Assembly (NCBI GenBank): GCA_019358935.1
Contig: JAHHIK010000068.1
Location: 1 to 44,797 of the forward strand
DNA length: 44,797 nt
Reading direction: 5' to 3'
Origin: Tolypothrix carrinoi HA7290-LM1
GTDB lineage: Bacteria; Cyanobacteriota; Cyanobacteriia; Cyanobacteriales; Nostocaceae
Part shown: one piece after another, positions 9,571-20,564 of the stretch
How the letters are laid out: each line of letters opens with the position of its first letter
How positions within the stretch are numbered: position 1 is the stretch's first letter
The notes under the pieces: model-generated
Databases searched by the model: none
What the model was told of the DNA's origin: nothing
What the model saw: only the letters and a program-made list of their open reading frames with translations
Position numbers and translations under genes: made by a program

Positions 9571-9767
9571 CAGGGCGTTGCAGAATAGAAATATGAATTA
9601 GAGCGATCGCCCGACAAAAGAATTATCTTTCAAAATATTTAACAAAAATTCCTTTTACAACGGAATATACTGTGAAAGTTAAGAAAGTAGATTGTCCGTA
9701 TAAATTCGCATATAGTGAAATCAATACGTGAAATTACAGAAGTACTTTTAGAGAGAGGTGACTCTCA

Positions 9768-11738
9768 ATGACTCAGGCTTGGAAACAGGTATGGATTCGA
9801 TTGGGATTATTGATGATTTTGGTGGAGGTAGAAGTTTTATCAGTAGCAAACAGTGTTTTGGCAGAAACCACAGTAGATACTACCACACCCGAAGCCCAAA
9901 GTACTCAGATTCAACTTGGGGAAATTTTAGAGTTAGATGCAGTTTCTGTGCCGTTCCCACCAGCATCAGTAAATACGGCTGAACTTCTCCAGCCAATTGA
10001 AGCTGCCCAAAACCCACCACCACCACAACCACTACAACTACCACCAGATATTGAGCGTCAACGAAACCAGAACAATTCCCCGGTTACACCAGATATATTT
10101 CGCCGACCAGATGAGAATAATCCGCCAACTTTACCAGAAAATATTCAGCCAATCCCACCACCAGAACAGTTGTTTCCTTCGCCTGTACCACCTACGCCGA
10201 CTACTCCAGAAGTAGTTCCCAATCAGTTTTCGGGAACTATTAGAATCGATCGCTTTAACGTAGTTGGCAGTACTGTCTTCAGCCCTCAAGAATTTGCGGC
10301 AGTTACCAAAGACTTTGTTAATAAATCGATTACCTTTGCTCAACTACTACAAGCTTCGGAAGCAGTTACTAAACTATACCGCGATAAAGGTTACATTACC
10401 TCCGGCGCCTTCATCCCCGCTAACCAAACCTTTAGAAGTAGGGGAAGTATTATCACCATTCAAGTTGTCGAAGGTGGTTTGGAAAGCATCCAAGTTAGCG
10501 GTCTAAAGCGACTTAATCCTAACTATGTCCGCAGTCGTCTTGCCGTAGCTACTGGCAAACCCCTGAACGTAAATAAACTTTTACGAGCGCTGCAACTGCT
10601 TCAACTCAATCCGCTGATTAAAAATATTTCTGCGGAACTGGCAGCTGGGGCAAATGCTGGTAGTAGTATATTAGTTGTCAGAGCCAGCGAGACAAAGACA
10701 TTCACGGCGGAAATTAGCTTAGATAATAATCGTTCCCCCAGTATTGGCAGCTTTCAGCGGCAAATTCAACTCAACCAAGCTAACTTGTCGGGATTGGGAG
10801 ATAATTTAAATGTTGCTTACGCCAACACTGATGGTAGCAACGATGTTGAGGCAAGTTACACCTTGCCGATAAATGCTTATAATGGAACGCTGCAATTTAG
10901 CTACAATTACACAAATAGCCGTGTAATTGAAGAACCGTTCGATATTTTAGATATTCAAGGAACATCACAAGACTTTTCCATCACATTGCGTCAACCGATA
11001 GTGCAAACCCCCAACGAAGAATTTGCTTTGGGAATAACTGCATCTCGTCGGGAAAGTGATGTTGGTTTTTTGGAATCTGTTATCGGAAGACGATTGCCAT
11101 TTGATTCACCGGGTGCTAGGGATGGAGAGACGCGCTTATCAATATTACGCTTTTTTCAAGATTGGACTAAACGCAATAGCCGACAAGTATTGGCAGCGCG
11201 ATCGCAATTTAGTTTTGGTATAGATGCTTTCGATGCTACCATTAATTCAAATGCACCCGATGGTCAATTTTTCTCCTGGCGAGGACAAGGACAGTGGGTA
11301 AGGCTTTTAGCTCCAGATACATTACTGTTAGTCCGTGCCGATGCTCAATTATCAGACAGAGCATTAGTGCCTTTAGAGCAGTTTGGTTTGGGAGGTCAAC
11401 GCACCGTGCGCGGTTATCGTCAAGATTTATTGCTAGTCGATAAAGCTTTTTTGGCTTCTATCGAATTAAGATATCCAATTTTGCGCGTTCCACAAGTGGG
11501 AGGTGTGCTACAACTTACTCCATTCGTTGATTTTGGCACTGGTTCGGGTGGTACTAGTACAGGGGTTGCTGAAGCTCCTAATAACCTCGCATCAACTGGA
11601 CTGGGGTTATTGTGGCAAAGCAACAGAGTCAATGCTCGTTTTGATTGGGGTATTCCTTTAGTTTCTGTAGAATCACGTAATAATTCTTTGCAAGAAGATG
11701 GTTTGTATTTTTCTGTAGTTTATACGCAACCATTTTAA
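9768..11738 (+). CDS. ShlB/FhaC/HecB-family TpsB outer-membrane transporter
   Basis: Pro-rich N-terminus, POTRA motifs (TKLYRDKGYITSGA), barrel motif EQFGLGGQRTVRGY and terminal Phe. Confidence 0.95.
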   Translation: MTQAWKQVWIRLGLLMILVEVEVLSVANSVLAETTVDTTTPEAQSTQIQLGEILELDAVSVPFPPASVNTAELLQPIEAAQNPPPPQPLQLPPDIERQRNQNNSPVTPDIFRRPDENNPPTLPENIQPIPPPEQLFPSPVPPTPTTPEVVPNQFSGTIRIDRFNVVGSTVFSPQEFAAVTKDFVNKSITFAQLLQASEAVTKLYRDKGYITSGAFIPANQTFRSRGSIITIQVVEGGLESIQVSGLKRLNPNYVRSRLAVATGKPLNVNKLLRALQLLQLNPLIKNISAELAAGANAGSSILVVRASETKTFTAEISLDNNRSPSIGSFQRQIQLNQANLSGLGDNLNVAYANTDGSNDVEASYTLPINAYNGTLQFSYNYTNSRVIEEPFDILDIQGTSQDFSITLRQPIVQTPNEEFALGITASRRESDVGFLESVIGRRLPFDSPGARDGETRLSILRFFQDWTKRNSRQVLAARSQFSFGIDAFDATINSNAPDGQFFSWRGQGQWVRLLAPDTLLLVRADAQLSDRALVPLEQFGLGGQRTVRGYRQDLLLVDKAFLASIELRYPILRVPQVGGVLQLTPFVDFGTGSGGTSTGVAEAPNNLASTGLGLLWQSNRVNARFDWGIPLVSVESRNNSLQEDGLYFSVVYTQPF

Positions 11739-11826
11739 AGAAGGCAGGGGGCTTTCTTGCAGGGGGCAGGGGGATGGGGAGATGGGGAAAGGGTAAAGAG
11801 TATTTTACGTTAGTTTAATATAATTT

Positions 11827-14712
11827 ATGTCTAAAGTCATTATTTTCGCTTTTGCTCAAATAGCAGTCGTTAGTAGCATATTTGCTTTAACGGCTGATGC
11901 TGCTTCTAAGCCTGAGATGAAGATCGAGATTAGTCAACAAAATCAGCAGTCTGGTAATGCTAAACAATTGTTGCAGCAAGGTTTGAAATTCTATCAAACA
12001 GAACAGTTTTCCCCTGCTGTGGAAATTTTACAACAGGCAGTTCAATCTTTTAAAAGTCAGGGCGATGTTTTAAATCAAGCTTTAGCGTTAAATTATCTGG
12101 CATTAGCGTATCAGCAACAAGGTGATTTACCCCAAGCAAGTAAAGCGATCGCCGAAAATTTACTGCTACTCTCAAAAAATGAAAGAAATTCTCAAGAATA
12201 CTTATCAGTACGCGCCCAAGCATTTAATACTCAAGGTCAGATACAACTAGCTCAAGGACAATCTAACAAAGCTCTTGCCAGTTGGGAAGAAGCAGCTGCC
12301 CTTTACAGTATAAATAAGGATAGTGCAGGAAAAATTGGTAGCCTACTTAACCAAGCTCAGGCATTGCAAACCTTGGGACTTTATCGACGCGCTTTGATTA
12401 CTCTAGACCAGGTAAATCAACTGCTGCAACAACAACCCGACTCTCCGCTCAAAGCAAATGGCTTATTGAGCTTGGGTAATGCTTTACGAGTCGTGGGAGC
12501 TTTAGATATCAACAGAGAAACTACTAGCATAAATAGTCTTGGGACTGGGCAGGCTATATTGCAAAGATTAGAAGAAAAAAATTCAAAGACCATGCAATTC
12601 AGCCGGACCGGTTCGCTACAAGCTTTAGAGCAAAGTTTGACAGTAGCCCAAAAACTCAATTCTCCAGAACTGGTGGCAGAAATTCAGCTAAATTTAGGAA
12701 ACACCGCTCAAGCGCTGCGAAGTAATATTGAAGATAACGAAGAAGATACAACGCAAGCGCTATCGAGTACTACGAAAAATAAGGAATATTATACAACTCT
12801 AGCATTGGAGCATTACCAAAAAGCTGCTGCGACTGCTGTCTCACCGACGACGCGACTGCAAGCACAACTAAATCAACTGCGCTTATCGATACAAACAAAC
12901 AAACCAATTCCTGACCAAGTTTCCTGGAGGCAAATTCAATCTCAGCTTGCCACCTTAGCGCCTAGTCGCAAGATTATTTATGCGAGGATTAACCTTACCC
13001 AAAGTCTGGCTTGTCTGAAACTGAAAACAGTTCCAAGGGCAACGGCAACAAATTTACCTTGTCTGAGTGCGGATATCGAGGAAAAAGAAGCACAAATCAG
13101 TGAAAAAAGCAAGGGTACGCCAAATATCATAGCTCAAGCATCGGAGACTCCCGAATGGCTTGAGATTGCTCAGATAGCAAAAACAGCTGTAGATCAAGCC
13201 AAAAATTTAGGAGACAAGCGTGCTGAAGCTTATGCTTTAGGTACTTTGGGAGGGATATACGAACAAACTAACCAGTTAGCGATCGCTCAAACACAAACTC
13301 AGCAAGCTTTGACAATAGCTGAAAGTATTTCAGCACCAGATATCGGCTATCGTTGGCAATGGCAGTTAGGACGAATATTAAATGCCAAAGGAGATCGTAT
13401 TGCAGCGATCGCTGCATATACTAAAGCTGTAGACAACCTCAAGTCTATACGTCGTGATTTAGTTGCCATCAATCCGGATGTGCAATTTTCTTTTCGACAG
13501 GGAGTCGAGCCGGTCTTTCGCGAACTTGTCAGCTTGTTATTAGAATCTAAAGAACCCACTCAAGACAATCTCAAGTCAGCCAGAGATGTAATTGAGTCAC
13601 TGCGATTGGCTGAACTAGACAACTACTTTCGGTTAGCTTGTATTAACGCGCAACCCGTCCAGATTGACGAAGTGGATCAAAAAGCAGCAGTGATTTATCC
13701 AGTGATTTTGCGCGATCGCTTGGAACTAATCGTTTCTCTACCTTCGGACTCATCTAACCAGAAAGCCAACCAAAAAGCAGAGCCGACGTTTATTCATCAC
13801 ACAAGAAATCTCCGCAAGGATGAAGTTAAAGATACTGTCACAAAACTGCGAGAACAATTAGTAACTCGCTCTAGTAATGATTTTAAGAACCCGTCCAAAA
13901 TAGTATATGACTGGATAATTGCACCAATCGCATCTCAATTAGCAGAACACAAAATCGAAAACTTAGTATTTGTCTTAGATGCTCCATTGGGAAATATTCC
14001 GATGGGTGCGTTATATGACGGTAAGCAATATCTGATCGAGAAATATAACGTTGCTGTCACACCAGGTTTAGAACTGCTTAACCCGAAACCCATAGCACGT
14101 ACAGGTCTGCGAATTATTGCTGGTGGACTAACCGAAGCCAGCGAGAACTTTCCAGCGTTGCCCAAGGTGGGAATTGAACTGAAAGCCATTAAGTCAACAG
14201 TTACCGACACTCGTGTGCTGCTGAATAAGCAATTTAACAAAGATGCCATTGAAGATGCTGTGCAGTCGTTAAGTGTGCCTGTAGTTCACTTAGCAACTCA
14301 TGGTCAATTTAGTTCTAAAGCAGAAGATACCTTTATTTTGACTTATGGCGATCAAGTCATCAATGTTAGAGATTTGAATGGTTTACTCCAAAGCAGAGAA
14401 ACCAACCAACGGGGTGCAGTTGAGCTACTTGTTCTCAGTGCTTGCTCAACAGCTACAGGAGACATACGAGCTGACTTAGGAATTGCTGGAGTTGCTGTGC
14501 GCTCTGGAGCACGTAGTACATTGGCATCGCTTTGGAATGTAGACGATGAAGGAACTTCTATCCTCATGGGTGAATTTTACACACAGTTAAAGAAAGGTAA
14601 TATCACTAAAGCAAAGGCGATTAAGCAGGCTCAAGTTAGCCTCTTGAAAAATCCTCAGTATGAGCATCCATATTACTGGGCACCCTTTGTTTTAGTAGGC
14701 AATTGGTTGTAA
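11827..14712 (+). CDS. TPR-CHAT domain protein (caspase/HetF-like peptidase) with signal peptide
   Basis: TPR repeats, YRWQWQLGR, catalytic His (VHLATHG) and Cys (LVLSAC), LASLWNV and C-terminal [14 protein letters not shown]. Confidence 0.95.
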   Translation: MSKVIIFAFAQIAVVSSIFALTADAASKPEMKIEISQQNQQSGNAKQLLQQGLKFYQTEQFSPAVEILQQAVQSFKSQGDVLNQALALNYLALAYQQQGDLPQASKAIAENLLLLSKNERNSQEYLSVRAQAFNTQGQIQLAQGQSNKALASWEEAAALYSINKDSAGKIGSLLNQAQALQTLGLYRRALITLDQVNQLLQQQPDSPLKANGLLSLGNALRVVGALDINRETTSINSLGTGQAILQRLEEKNSKTMQFSRTGSLQALEQSLTVAQKLNSPELVAEIQLNLGNTAQALRSNIEDNEEDTTQALSSTTKNKEYYTTLALEHYQKAAATAVSPTTRLQAQLNQLRLSIQTNKPIPDQVSWRQIQSQLATLAPSRKIIYARINLTQSLACLKLKTVPRATATNLPCLSADIEEKEAQISEKSKGTPNIIAQASETPEWLEIAQIAKTAVDQAKNLGDKRAEAYALGTLGGIYEQTNQLAIAQTQTQQALTIAESISAPDIGYRWQWQLGRILNAKGDRIAAIAAYTKAVDNLKSIRRDLVAINPDVQFSFRQGVEPVFRELVSLLLESKEPTQDNLKSARDVIESLRLAELDNYFRLACINAQPVQIDEVDQKAAVIYPVILRDRLELIVSLPSDSSNQKANQKAEPTFIHHTRNLRKDEVKDTVTKLREQLVTRSSNDFKNPSKIVYDWIIAPIASQLAEHKIENLVFVLDAPLGNIPMGALYDGKQYLIEKYNVAVTPGLELLNPKPIARTGLRIIAGGLTEASENFPALPKVGIELKAIKSTVTDTRVLLNKQFNKDAIEDAVQSLSVPVVHLATHGQFSSKAEDTFILTYGDQVINVRDLNGLLQSRETNQRGAVELLVLSACSTATGDIRADLGIAGVAVRSGARSTLASLWNVDDEGTSILMGEFYTQLKKGNITKAKAIKQAQVSLLKNPQYEHPYYWAPFVLVGNWL

Positions 14713-14717
14713 AGAAA

Positions 14718-14925
14718 ATGGGGCATGGGGAATGGGGAATGGGGAATGGGGAATGGGGAATGGGGAGACAAGGGGACAAGGGGACAAGGGGACAAGGGGG
14801 ACAAGGGGGACAATTTTTTTCTATTCCCAATGCCCAATGCCCAATGCCCAATGCCCAATGCCCAATGCCCAATTACCAATGACCAATTACCAATTACCAA
14901 TTACCAACTACCTATTACCAATCCC
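14718..14925. repeat. Composite STRR array (GGGGAAT, GGGGACAA, then CCCAATG, CCAATTA) between convergent genes; possible bidirectional terminator
   Basis: Visible tandem heptamer/octamer runs, with a G-rich block followed by a partly complementary C-rich block. Confidence 0.85.
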
Positions 14926-14931
14926 CTAAAT

Positions 14932-17052
14932 TTACAAATCATCTAAACTTTGTAAAACTTCCTCTACCGACTGATATCGGCTTTGAAAGTCATAAGCTAC
15001 CATTTTGTCTAAAATATCAGCCAACTCTTGAGAAGTATTCTCAGCAAGATGTCGCCAAGCAAATGCTGTTGTCGATTCTCGTTCGAGATTTTTAGCAGGT
15101 GTTCCAGTTAAAGCTTGAATGCCAATCATTCCAACAGCATAGATATCGCTGTTTAATCTGGGATGTCCCATAAACTGCTCGGGAGGTGCATAACCCGCAG
15201 TACCCACCGCTACTGTGGCGTTTTCTGCTTGCATCTGAGGCTGAATTTGTTTAACGGCACCAAAGTCAATTAAAACGATTCTTTTATCTTCTTGCCGTCT
15301 AATTAAGTTGCTAGGTTTAATGTCTCGATGGATAACACCACGAGCATGAACAAACACCAGTACCCGCAAAAGGTCTTTAAGGCAACTTACAACTTCAGCT
15401 TCTGGAATCGACTTTTTCGGGGTCAATTCTTCTTGGAGAGTTTGTCCCCTAATATACTCTTGTACTAAATAGAATTCCTGAGACTCTTCAAAATAAGCCA
15501 TCAACTGGGGAATTTGATCGTGATGACCCAAAATATCTAAAATTTCAGCTTCAGTTTTAAATAGACGTCTGGCAATATCTAAAAATACTTCATCGGTGCG
15601 AGCAGGTTGCAAGTGCTTAACTACACACATAGGGTTGCCCGGTCGATGAGTATCTTCAGCTAAATAAGTATAACTAAATCCCCCAGAACCAAGCAGTTCA
15701 GTAACTTTGTAGCGCTTGTTTAATAGTCTTTCTGGTTGTGAGCCATCATAAAGTCCCGTCGGTATCCGGGTTGTGGAATTTCCTCCTTCCCTTAAAAGTG
15801 CTTGCAATAGCAAGATGTTTTCATTTTGCTCTTTAATCTGAAGTGCTATTTTTTCTTTTTCTTGCTTGTTTTGAAATGAGATATAACCCAGAACGCCCAC
15901 TCCTGCTATAATAAAGCCTAACGCTGGGGATGATAAAGGTATCCACCCTGCCTGAATAAAGATAAGAAAACCGGTAACGAACAGTATTATTAAGGCAGCG
16001 GCACTCAAGAGTAGTAAGCGGAGTGGATGCTGAATGCGCCATCCGAGTATACCACCGGCGAAAGTCCATCCCCATATCCAGAGAATTTCACCCCATTCAG
16101 GTAAAAACCAAAATAGAGGTCGCTTTCCAGAAGCAGCATCAAGAATCTGACTGACCATGTGTGCATGAATTGTCACTCCAGGCATTCTGCCAGAATCGTC
16201 CCGCTTGCCATTACTATAAGGTGTATTAAGAATATCTTGGGAACTTGGTGCAGTCGAGCCAATCAAGATAATACGGTTTCTTACCCAACTCGGTTGGATG
16301 CGATCGCCTAGCACATCTGATAAACTGACTTTTTGAGCAACGTTATTCTGCGATCGGTAGTTGAGCAATATTTGAAAGCCACTGGCATCTATATTTTGAT
16401 AACCACCTGAGTCAGCTTCTAAACGTTTAAATAACGTTTTCCCTAATTGCATTCCCGAAGATGTGAACTTTGGTTGAATATTTAAGTACTGAAGCGCCAA
16501 TTGAAATCCAAAAGAAGCTGGAGTTTTACAATTTGACTTAGCGCCCGGTGTAACCACTAGTAAATTTCGCCGAATCAACCCATCTGGGTCTTCTGGGATA
16601 TCAGCGAATCCTGCGTGTTGAGGTTCTACACCCATCGGTGGTGGTACAGATTCACCATTATTTGCACCCACTGTACAGATAGGTACGATGCGTGAACTAT
16701 TTTTTATGTGTGTTAATAGCTTCTGATGACCGGGTTCAACTGGGCGATCGCGAAAGAAATCTAAACCGATGACTTTTGGTTGATAGCGCTCTAGTTTGGT
16801 CAATACTGTGTCTAAAGTTTCCCCAGTCGGCGATCCCTGGTTTAATTTTTGAATATCGTCTCCGTTAAATCCCACAATCAACAAACGCGGGTCTGGGCTT
16901 AGAGGAGGACGTTTTTGCGTCATCTGGTCGAAAGCTTTCAGTTCTACCGACTCTAACACTCCCAACCGTTGAACTCCAACCAGCAACACACCTGTAATTA
17001 AACTAATCACAACTACGGGCTGTGTCAGCACATTTCTCAAGTTGGTAAGCAT
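14932..17052 (-). CDS. CHASE2-domain transmembrane Ser/Thr protein kinase
   Basis: CHASE2 motifs (DPRLLIVG, PKVIGLDFFRD, DPDGLIRR, MPGVTIHAH), three TM helices and an intact kinase (LGSGGFS, VVK, HRDIKPSN, DFG, GYAPPE). ATG at 17052 preferred over TTG at 17058. Confidence 0.95.
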   Translation of the reverse strand: MLTNLRNVLTQPVVVISLITGVLLVGVQRLGVLESVELKAFDQMTQKRPPLSPDPRLLIVGFNGDDIQKLNQGSPTGETLDTVLTKLERYQPKVIGLDFFRDRPVEPGHQKLLTHIKNSSRIVPICTVGANNGESVPPPMGVEPQHAGFADIPEDPDGLIRRNLLVVTPGAKSNCKTPASFGFQLALQYLNIQPKFTSSGMQLGKTLFKRLEADSGGYQNIDASGFQILLNYRSQNNVAQKVSLSDVLGDRIQPSWVRNRIILIGSTAPSSQDILNTPYSNGKRDDSGRMPGVTIHAHMVSQILDAASGKRPLFWFLPEWGEILWIWGWTFAGGILGWRIQHPLRLLLLSAAALIILFVTGFLIFIQAGWIPLSSPALGFIIAGVGVLGYISFQNKQEKEKIALQIKEQNENILLLQALLREGGNSTTRIPTGLYDGSQPERLLNKRYKVTELLGSGGFSYTYLAEDTHRPGNPMCVVKHLQPARTDEVFLDIARRLFKTEAEILDILGHHDQIPQLMAYFEESQEFYLVQEYIRGQTLQEELTPKKSIPEAEVVSCLKDLLRVLVFVHARGVIHRDIKPSNLIRRQEDKRIVLIDFGAVKQIQPQMQAENATVAVGTAGYAPPEQFMGHPRLNSDIYAVGMIGIQALTGTPAKNLERESTTAFAWRHLAENTSQELADILDKMVAYDFQSRYQSVEEVLQSLDDL

Positions 17053-17401
17053 AAGCAATTAAAAATCAAAAAGACAAATTTATGATATGATTGGTGTTTT
17101 TCTTAATATAATACCTTTGGGCGCTTATTAACAGTAATAAAAACATACCTACCGTCACAAGAGACGTTTTTCCATGATAATACGGAGCAAAGGAGATAGC
17201 ATTGCCTAAATCCCAGCTAATAAGCTGTGAGGCAATTAACATTTATCGTTGACGCTAAGAGAAACAGGGGAAAAAGTTTCCGGCTTGAAAGTGAAATTTT
17301 CCGCATTGCAAATTATCAGCGCAATTTATCGCGACTTACGCATAAAGTAAATTCCCGAAAAACCCCTTTCCCCCTTCCCCTTTTTCCTTTTCCCCTCTTT
17401 T

Positions 17402-17617
17402 TCATAGTATGCTTTGTGGTTGACAACCAGATGAAAGACCGATGAAACTGCCAATCAAAACTAAGATGCCAAACATCAACAATAAACCGCCGCTGACCTT
17501 AATAGCAACATTTCCATCAGGACGAACTTCTGACCGAGATTTATCGCTATTGATAACAAGAAAAATACCAGAGACAATTACGACAATTGCTCCCACCAAA
17601 AATTTATAGCAGTTCAT
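17402..17617 (-). CDS. Small two-TM membrane protein, probably co-transcribed with sodC
   Basis: Two hydrophobic segments, AAGG RBS-like sequence, and a start 26 nt after the sodC stop. Confidence 0.55.
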   Translation of the reverse strand: MNCYKFLVGAIVVIVSGIFLVINSDKSRSEVRPDGNVAIKVSGGLLLMFGILVLIGSFIGLSSGCQPQSIL

Positions 17618-17643
17618 ACCTTACTTATTAAAAAAGTTTTTTT

Positions 17644-18213
17644 CTAAGATTTGACTAATTGAATTACACCGCAGGCTTGCCGACCACCGCCTGCTTCATC
17701 TGCCGTACCTCCAGCTTTCTTTTGATCGACCAACTTATGTACAATCACCGCACTACCATCACTATCAAATAAGCTTGTCGGACTATCAGTAAGAGTGAAA
17801 CTGTTAGAAAAAGTTTCCATTCTACCCTTCCCGACAACACTAACTTTGATGTTTTGTAAATCTCCCAAATGATAAGGATGATTTTTTTCTACAGGAGTTG
17901 ATGAACCGAATGGACCAGGGTCAAAATGTCCGCCCGCAGAGCTAAAAGGCTTTTCTTGTTGAGCTTCACAGACACCTTTTTCGTGTATGTGAACGCCATG
18001 AAGTCCAGGCGTTATAACTTTAGGATCGCCTTGAAGTTCAACAGCAACCCAGACAAAACCATTTGCCGTCTGCGTTGCTTTGAGGGTGCCTGTGATACCA
18101 GGACCTGCGATCGCAGCTTTCGCTTGCACGTTTTTACTGACATTTTCTCCAGACGAACTACAAGCTGATATTAATAGTAGCAATATCAAAGCTAAGTGGT
18201 AGATCAATTTCAT
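17644..18213 (-). CDS. sodC: Cu/Zn superoxide dismutase-family lipoprotein
   Basis: Lipobox LLISAC; motifs GLHGVHIHE, AGGHFDP, HLGDLQNI, AVIVH and GGRQACGVI. Confidence 0.9.
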   Translation of the reverse strand: MKLIYHLALILLLLISACSSSGENVSKNVQAKAAIAGPGITGTLKATQTANGFVWVAVELQGDPKVITPGLHGVHIHEKGVCEAQQEKPFSSAGGHFDPGPFGSSTPVEKNHPYHLGDLQNIKVSVVGKGRMETFSNSFTLTDSPTSLFDSDGSAVIVHKLVDQKKAGGTADEAGGGRQACGVIQLVKS

Positions 18214-18227
18214 AGAACGTTATGAAA

Positions 18228-18495
18228 GGTAATTGGGAATTGGGAATTGGGCATTGGGGAGGCAGTGCGTTGGGCGGCTCTGCCGACTTGAAGCACCTGC
18301 CGTCATGGGGCATGGGGCATTGGGCATTGGTAATTGGGCACGCTCGATTGGGGGCAATGGGAATTAAACAAGTTCAAGAACGTAATGCGCGAACGATCCG
18401 AGGATTCCTTCCATGCCCGATGCCCGATGCCCGATGCCCGATGCCCGATGCCCGATGCCCGATGCCCGATGCCCGATGCCCCATCCCCCATTTTC
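18228..18495. repeat. STRR arrays (GGGAATT/GGGCATT, and about ten ATGCCCG units)
   Basis: Directly visible tandem heptamers. Confidence 0.9.
18259..18303 (+). mobile_element. 45-bp structured mini-element (GAGGCAGTGCG...GCACCTGCCGT) inserted in an STRR array
   Basis: Interrupts CATTGGG|CATGGGG heptamers without duplication. Related copies at 36816, 36855, 38627, 38656 and 43148. Confidence 0.8.
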
Positions 18496-18504
18496 CCTAA
18501 AAAT

Positions 18505-20265
18505 CTACGCATCAATCACAACTTTGCCAATCGGGTAAGAAATGCAAGTGAGAATATAACCTTCTTGAACTTCGCTTTCTTCCAAACCTTCGGGTTCACC
18601 TTCTAACCTGACTTCTCCTTCTAGCTTGCGTTTCTTGCAGCTACCACAAACTCCAGCACGGCAACTACTGCGAATTTTCACTTTTTCCTGGTCAGCCAAA
18701 TTTAAGATGGGTTCTTCACCATCACAATCAACTTCTTTGCCTGACTTAGAGAAAACTACAGCAGTTTTTCCGGACGAGGTTGACTTGGGCAAGGTGGGAG
18801 TTGGTGTAGTGACTGATGCAGTTGCGGCAGCACGATCGCTACTGACATTTGATTCTGGAACAGATTGTGTAGACCAATTCCTCATCATATCCATGAAGCC
18901 AACAGCGCTTTTGACGCTTTGAGATGTGCTGCTAGCGACAGTTTCTTGTTTAGGCTCAACAGATTTGGGCTTTTTCTTTGGAGGTCCAAAGCTTTCTTCA
19001 TAGTAGTTTTGCATGGGGAAGCTGATACTTTCGAGCATTTGTTTGGTGCTTTCCATGAAGGTATCTGGTCCACATACATAAACAGTGCGAATTCGATAAT
19101 CTGGCGCAACAACTTGCAACATAGCTGGGTCAAGTCTGCCAGTTAAACTTAACCAACTATGACCAGGTTCAGTGCGAGTTGTAGAGACTGCTAGATGAAA
19201 ATTCGCATACCGCGCAGACATCATCTCTAGTTCATGCCGATAAATGATATCACGGGGGCTGCGAGCGCAGTGAAAAAAGATAATATCGCAATTAGCGCCA
19301 GTATCACATAACCACCGAGACATAGACATCATCGGTGTGATCCCACTACCCGCAGATATTAGCAAAAGTTTTTGCGATGGATTGGCGAAGCAAGTAAACT
19401 TACCCAAAGGTCCATTCAGCTTGATAATACTGCCTGGTGTAACGTTGTCGTGCAACCAGTTAGAAACTAGACCTTTCGGCGTTTCTGGTTCACAACCAAC
19501 AGGAGCGGGGACACGTTTGACGGTAATTTCTAAGGTGTGGGGACGTGAGGGAGTTGAGGAAATAGAATAGGAACGCGATATCTCTTCGCCATTGATTTCT
19601 AAATCAAGGGTGACAAACTGACCTGGTTTGTAACTGAACAACACCGGAGGATCTGCTACAAAGCGAAAGGTTCTCACATCATGTGTTTCATCAATAACAC
19701 CGATGCAGCGGACTGTTAAATCTCCTTTCGTCCAGCGTTGGAGGTCGGCGGGTTCTACCATCGCCAGTGGCATATATTCTTGGGGAGGGATGACAGGAGC
19801 GACAAATGGTGCTTCTACTGGTTTAGTCTCAACTTTTGGCTCCGGAGCAAGTCCGTTACTTATTTCTTGATTGTCTGTTGTTCTGCTTGTTTTTTCTACC
19901 TGTGGTAAATCTATTATCGTGTCTACGTTGGAACTTGTTTCTAGTGAACTAATTTGTACAATCATCAAAAAATATCTACCGACTTGAATTAAGTCGTTAG
20001 CTTTGAGAAGATAATCTTGATTGATTTGGGCGTTTTCGCCATTAAGCCGCGAACCACAGCTGCTAGCAAGGTCAGCATAATAATAATTTTCATTTTTTTG
20101 AGAAATTTTCCCATGCATCCGGCTGACTTCGGTGCCGTCTAAAACTAAATCACAGTTCAACAAGCGCCCAATATAACATTCCTGATTGAGTTTTGTCTCT
20201 AAGTCTAAATCTACTTCTTGCAGTTGCTCTGGCTTTTTTGGATCTATTACTTTGATTTTAATCAC
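18505..20265 (-). CDS. Forkhead-associated domain + FAD/NAD(P)-binding oxidoreductase + C-terminal 2Fe-2S ferredoxin (Hcr/PaaE-like reductase)
   Basis: FHA motifs (IGR...VSRMH...S.CGS), YKPGQF, RSYSISS, GLVSNWLH, SAGSGITP, VYVCGP, and CRAGVCGSC...ILTC. GTG start with AGGAGG RBS. Confidence 0.92.
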   Translation of the reverse strand: MIKIKVIDPKKPEQLQEVDLDLETKLNQECYIGRLLNCDLVLDGTEVSRMHGKISQKNENYYYADLASSCGSRLNGENAQINQDYLLKANDLIQVGRYFLMIVQISSLETSSNVDTIIDLPQVEKTSRTTDNQEISNGLAPEPKVETKPVEAPFVAPVIPPQEYMPLAMVEPADLQRWTKGDLTVRCIGVIDETHDVRTFRFVADPPVLFSYKPGQFVTLDLEINGEEISRSYSISSTPSRPHTLEITVKRVPAPVGCEPETPKGLVSNWLHDNVTPGSIIKLNGPLGKFTCFANPSQKLLLISAGSGITPMMSMSRWLCDTGANCDIIFFHCARSPRDIIYRHELEMMSARYANFHLAVSTTRTEPGHSWLSLTGRLDPAMLQVVAPDYRIRTVYVCGPDTFMESTKQMLESISFPMQNYYEESFGPPKKKPKSVEPKQETVASSTSQSVKSAVGFMDMMRNWSTQSVPESNVSSDRAAATASVTTPTPTLPKSTSSGKTAVVFSKSGKEVDCDGEEPILNLADQEKVKIRSSCRAGVCGSCKKRKLEGEVRLEGEPEGLEESEVQEGYILTCISYPIGKVVIDA

Positions 20266-20532
20266 GCCTATTTTCCTCCTAGCAAGAATGTTAATTAAAT
20301 TGTGCTACAATCCCACTCGCAAATTGATATTACAATTTCTACTACGTTTTACAGTTATTTCGCTATTGACAATAAGTATCTACAGTTTAACTAAAGACAA
20401 TTACGTAAAACCAGTACAAATAATATCAGATTTTATTGAGAATTTCTCAAAAAACTCAGTTCATTATCTTAATTAACAGTTAACCTCATGTCGGTGCTGA
20501 TTAACTTTAATAAAAACGCTGCAACCATAATT

Positions 20533-20564
20533 GTAGAGACGTTCCGCGCATAGGCATCTCTACA
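20533..20564. repeat. GTAG-type REP-like palindrome (GTAGAGACG...CATCTCTACA)
   Basis: Imperfect inverted repeat; relatives at about 655 and 38845. Confidence 0.65.

Noticed and set aside
2420..11738. Contact-dependent inhibition (CdiBAI) system
   Set aside because: No VENN/PT motif, no variable toxin C-terminus and no small immunity genes after the tpsA genes.
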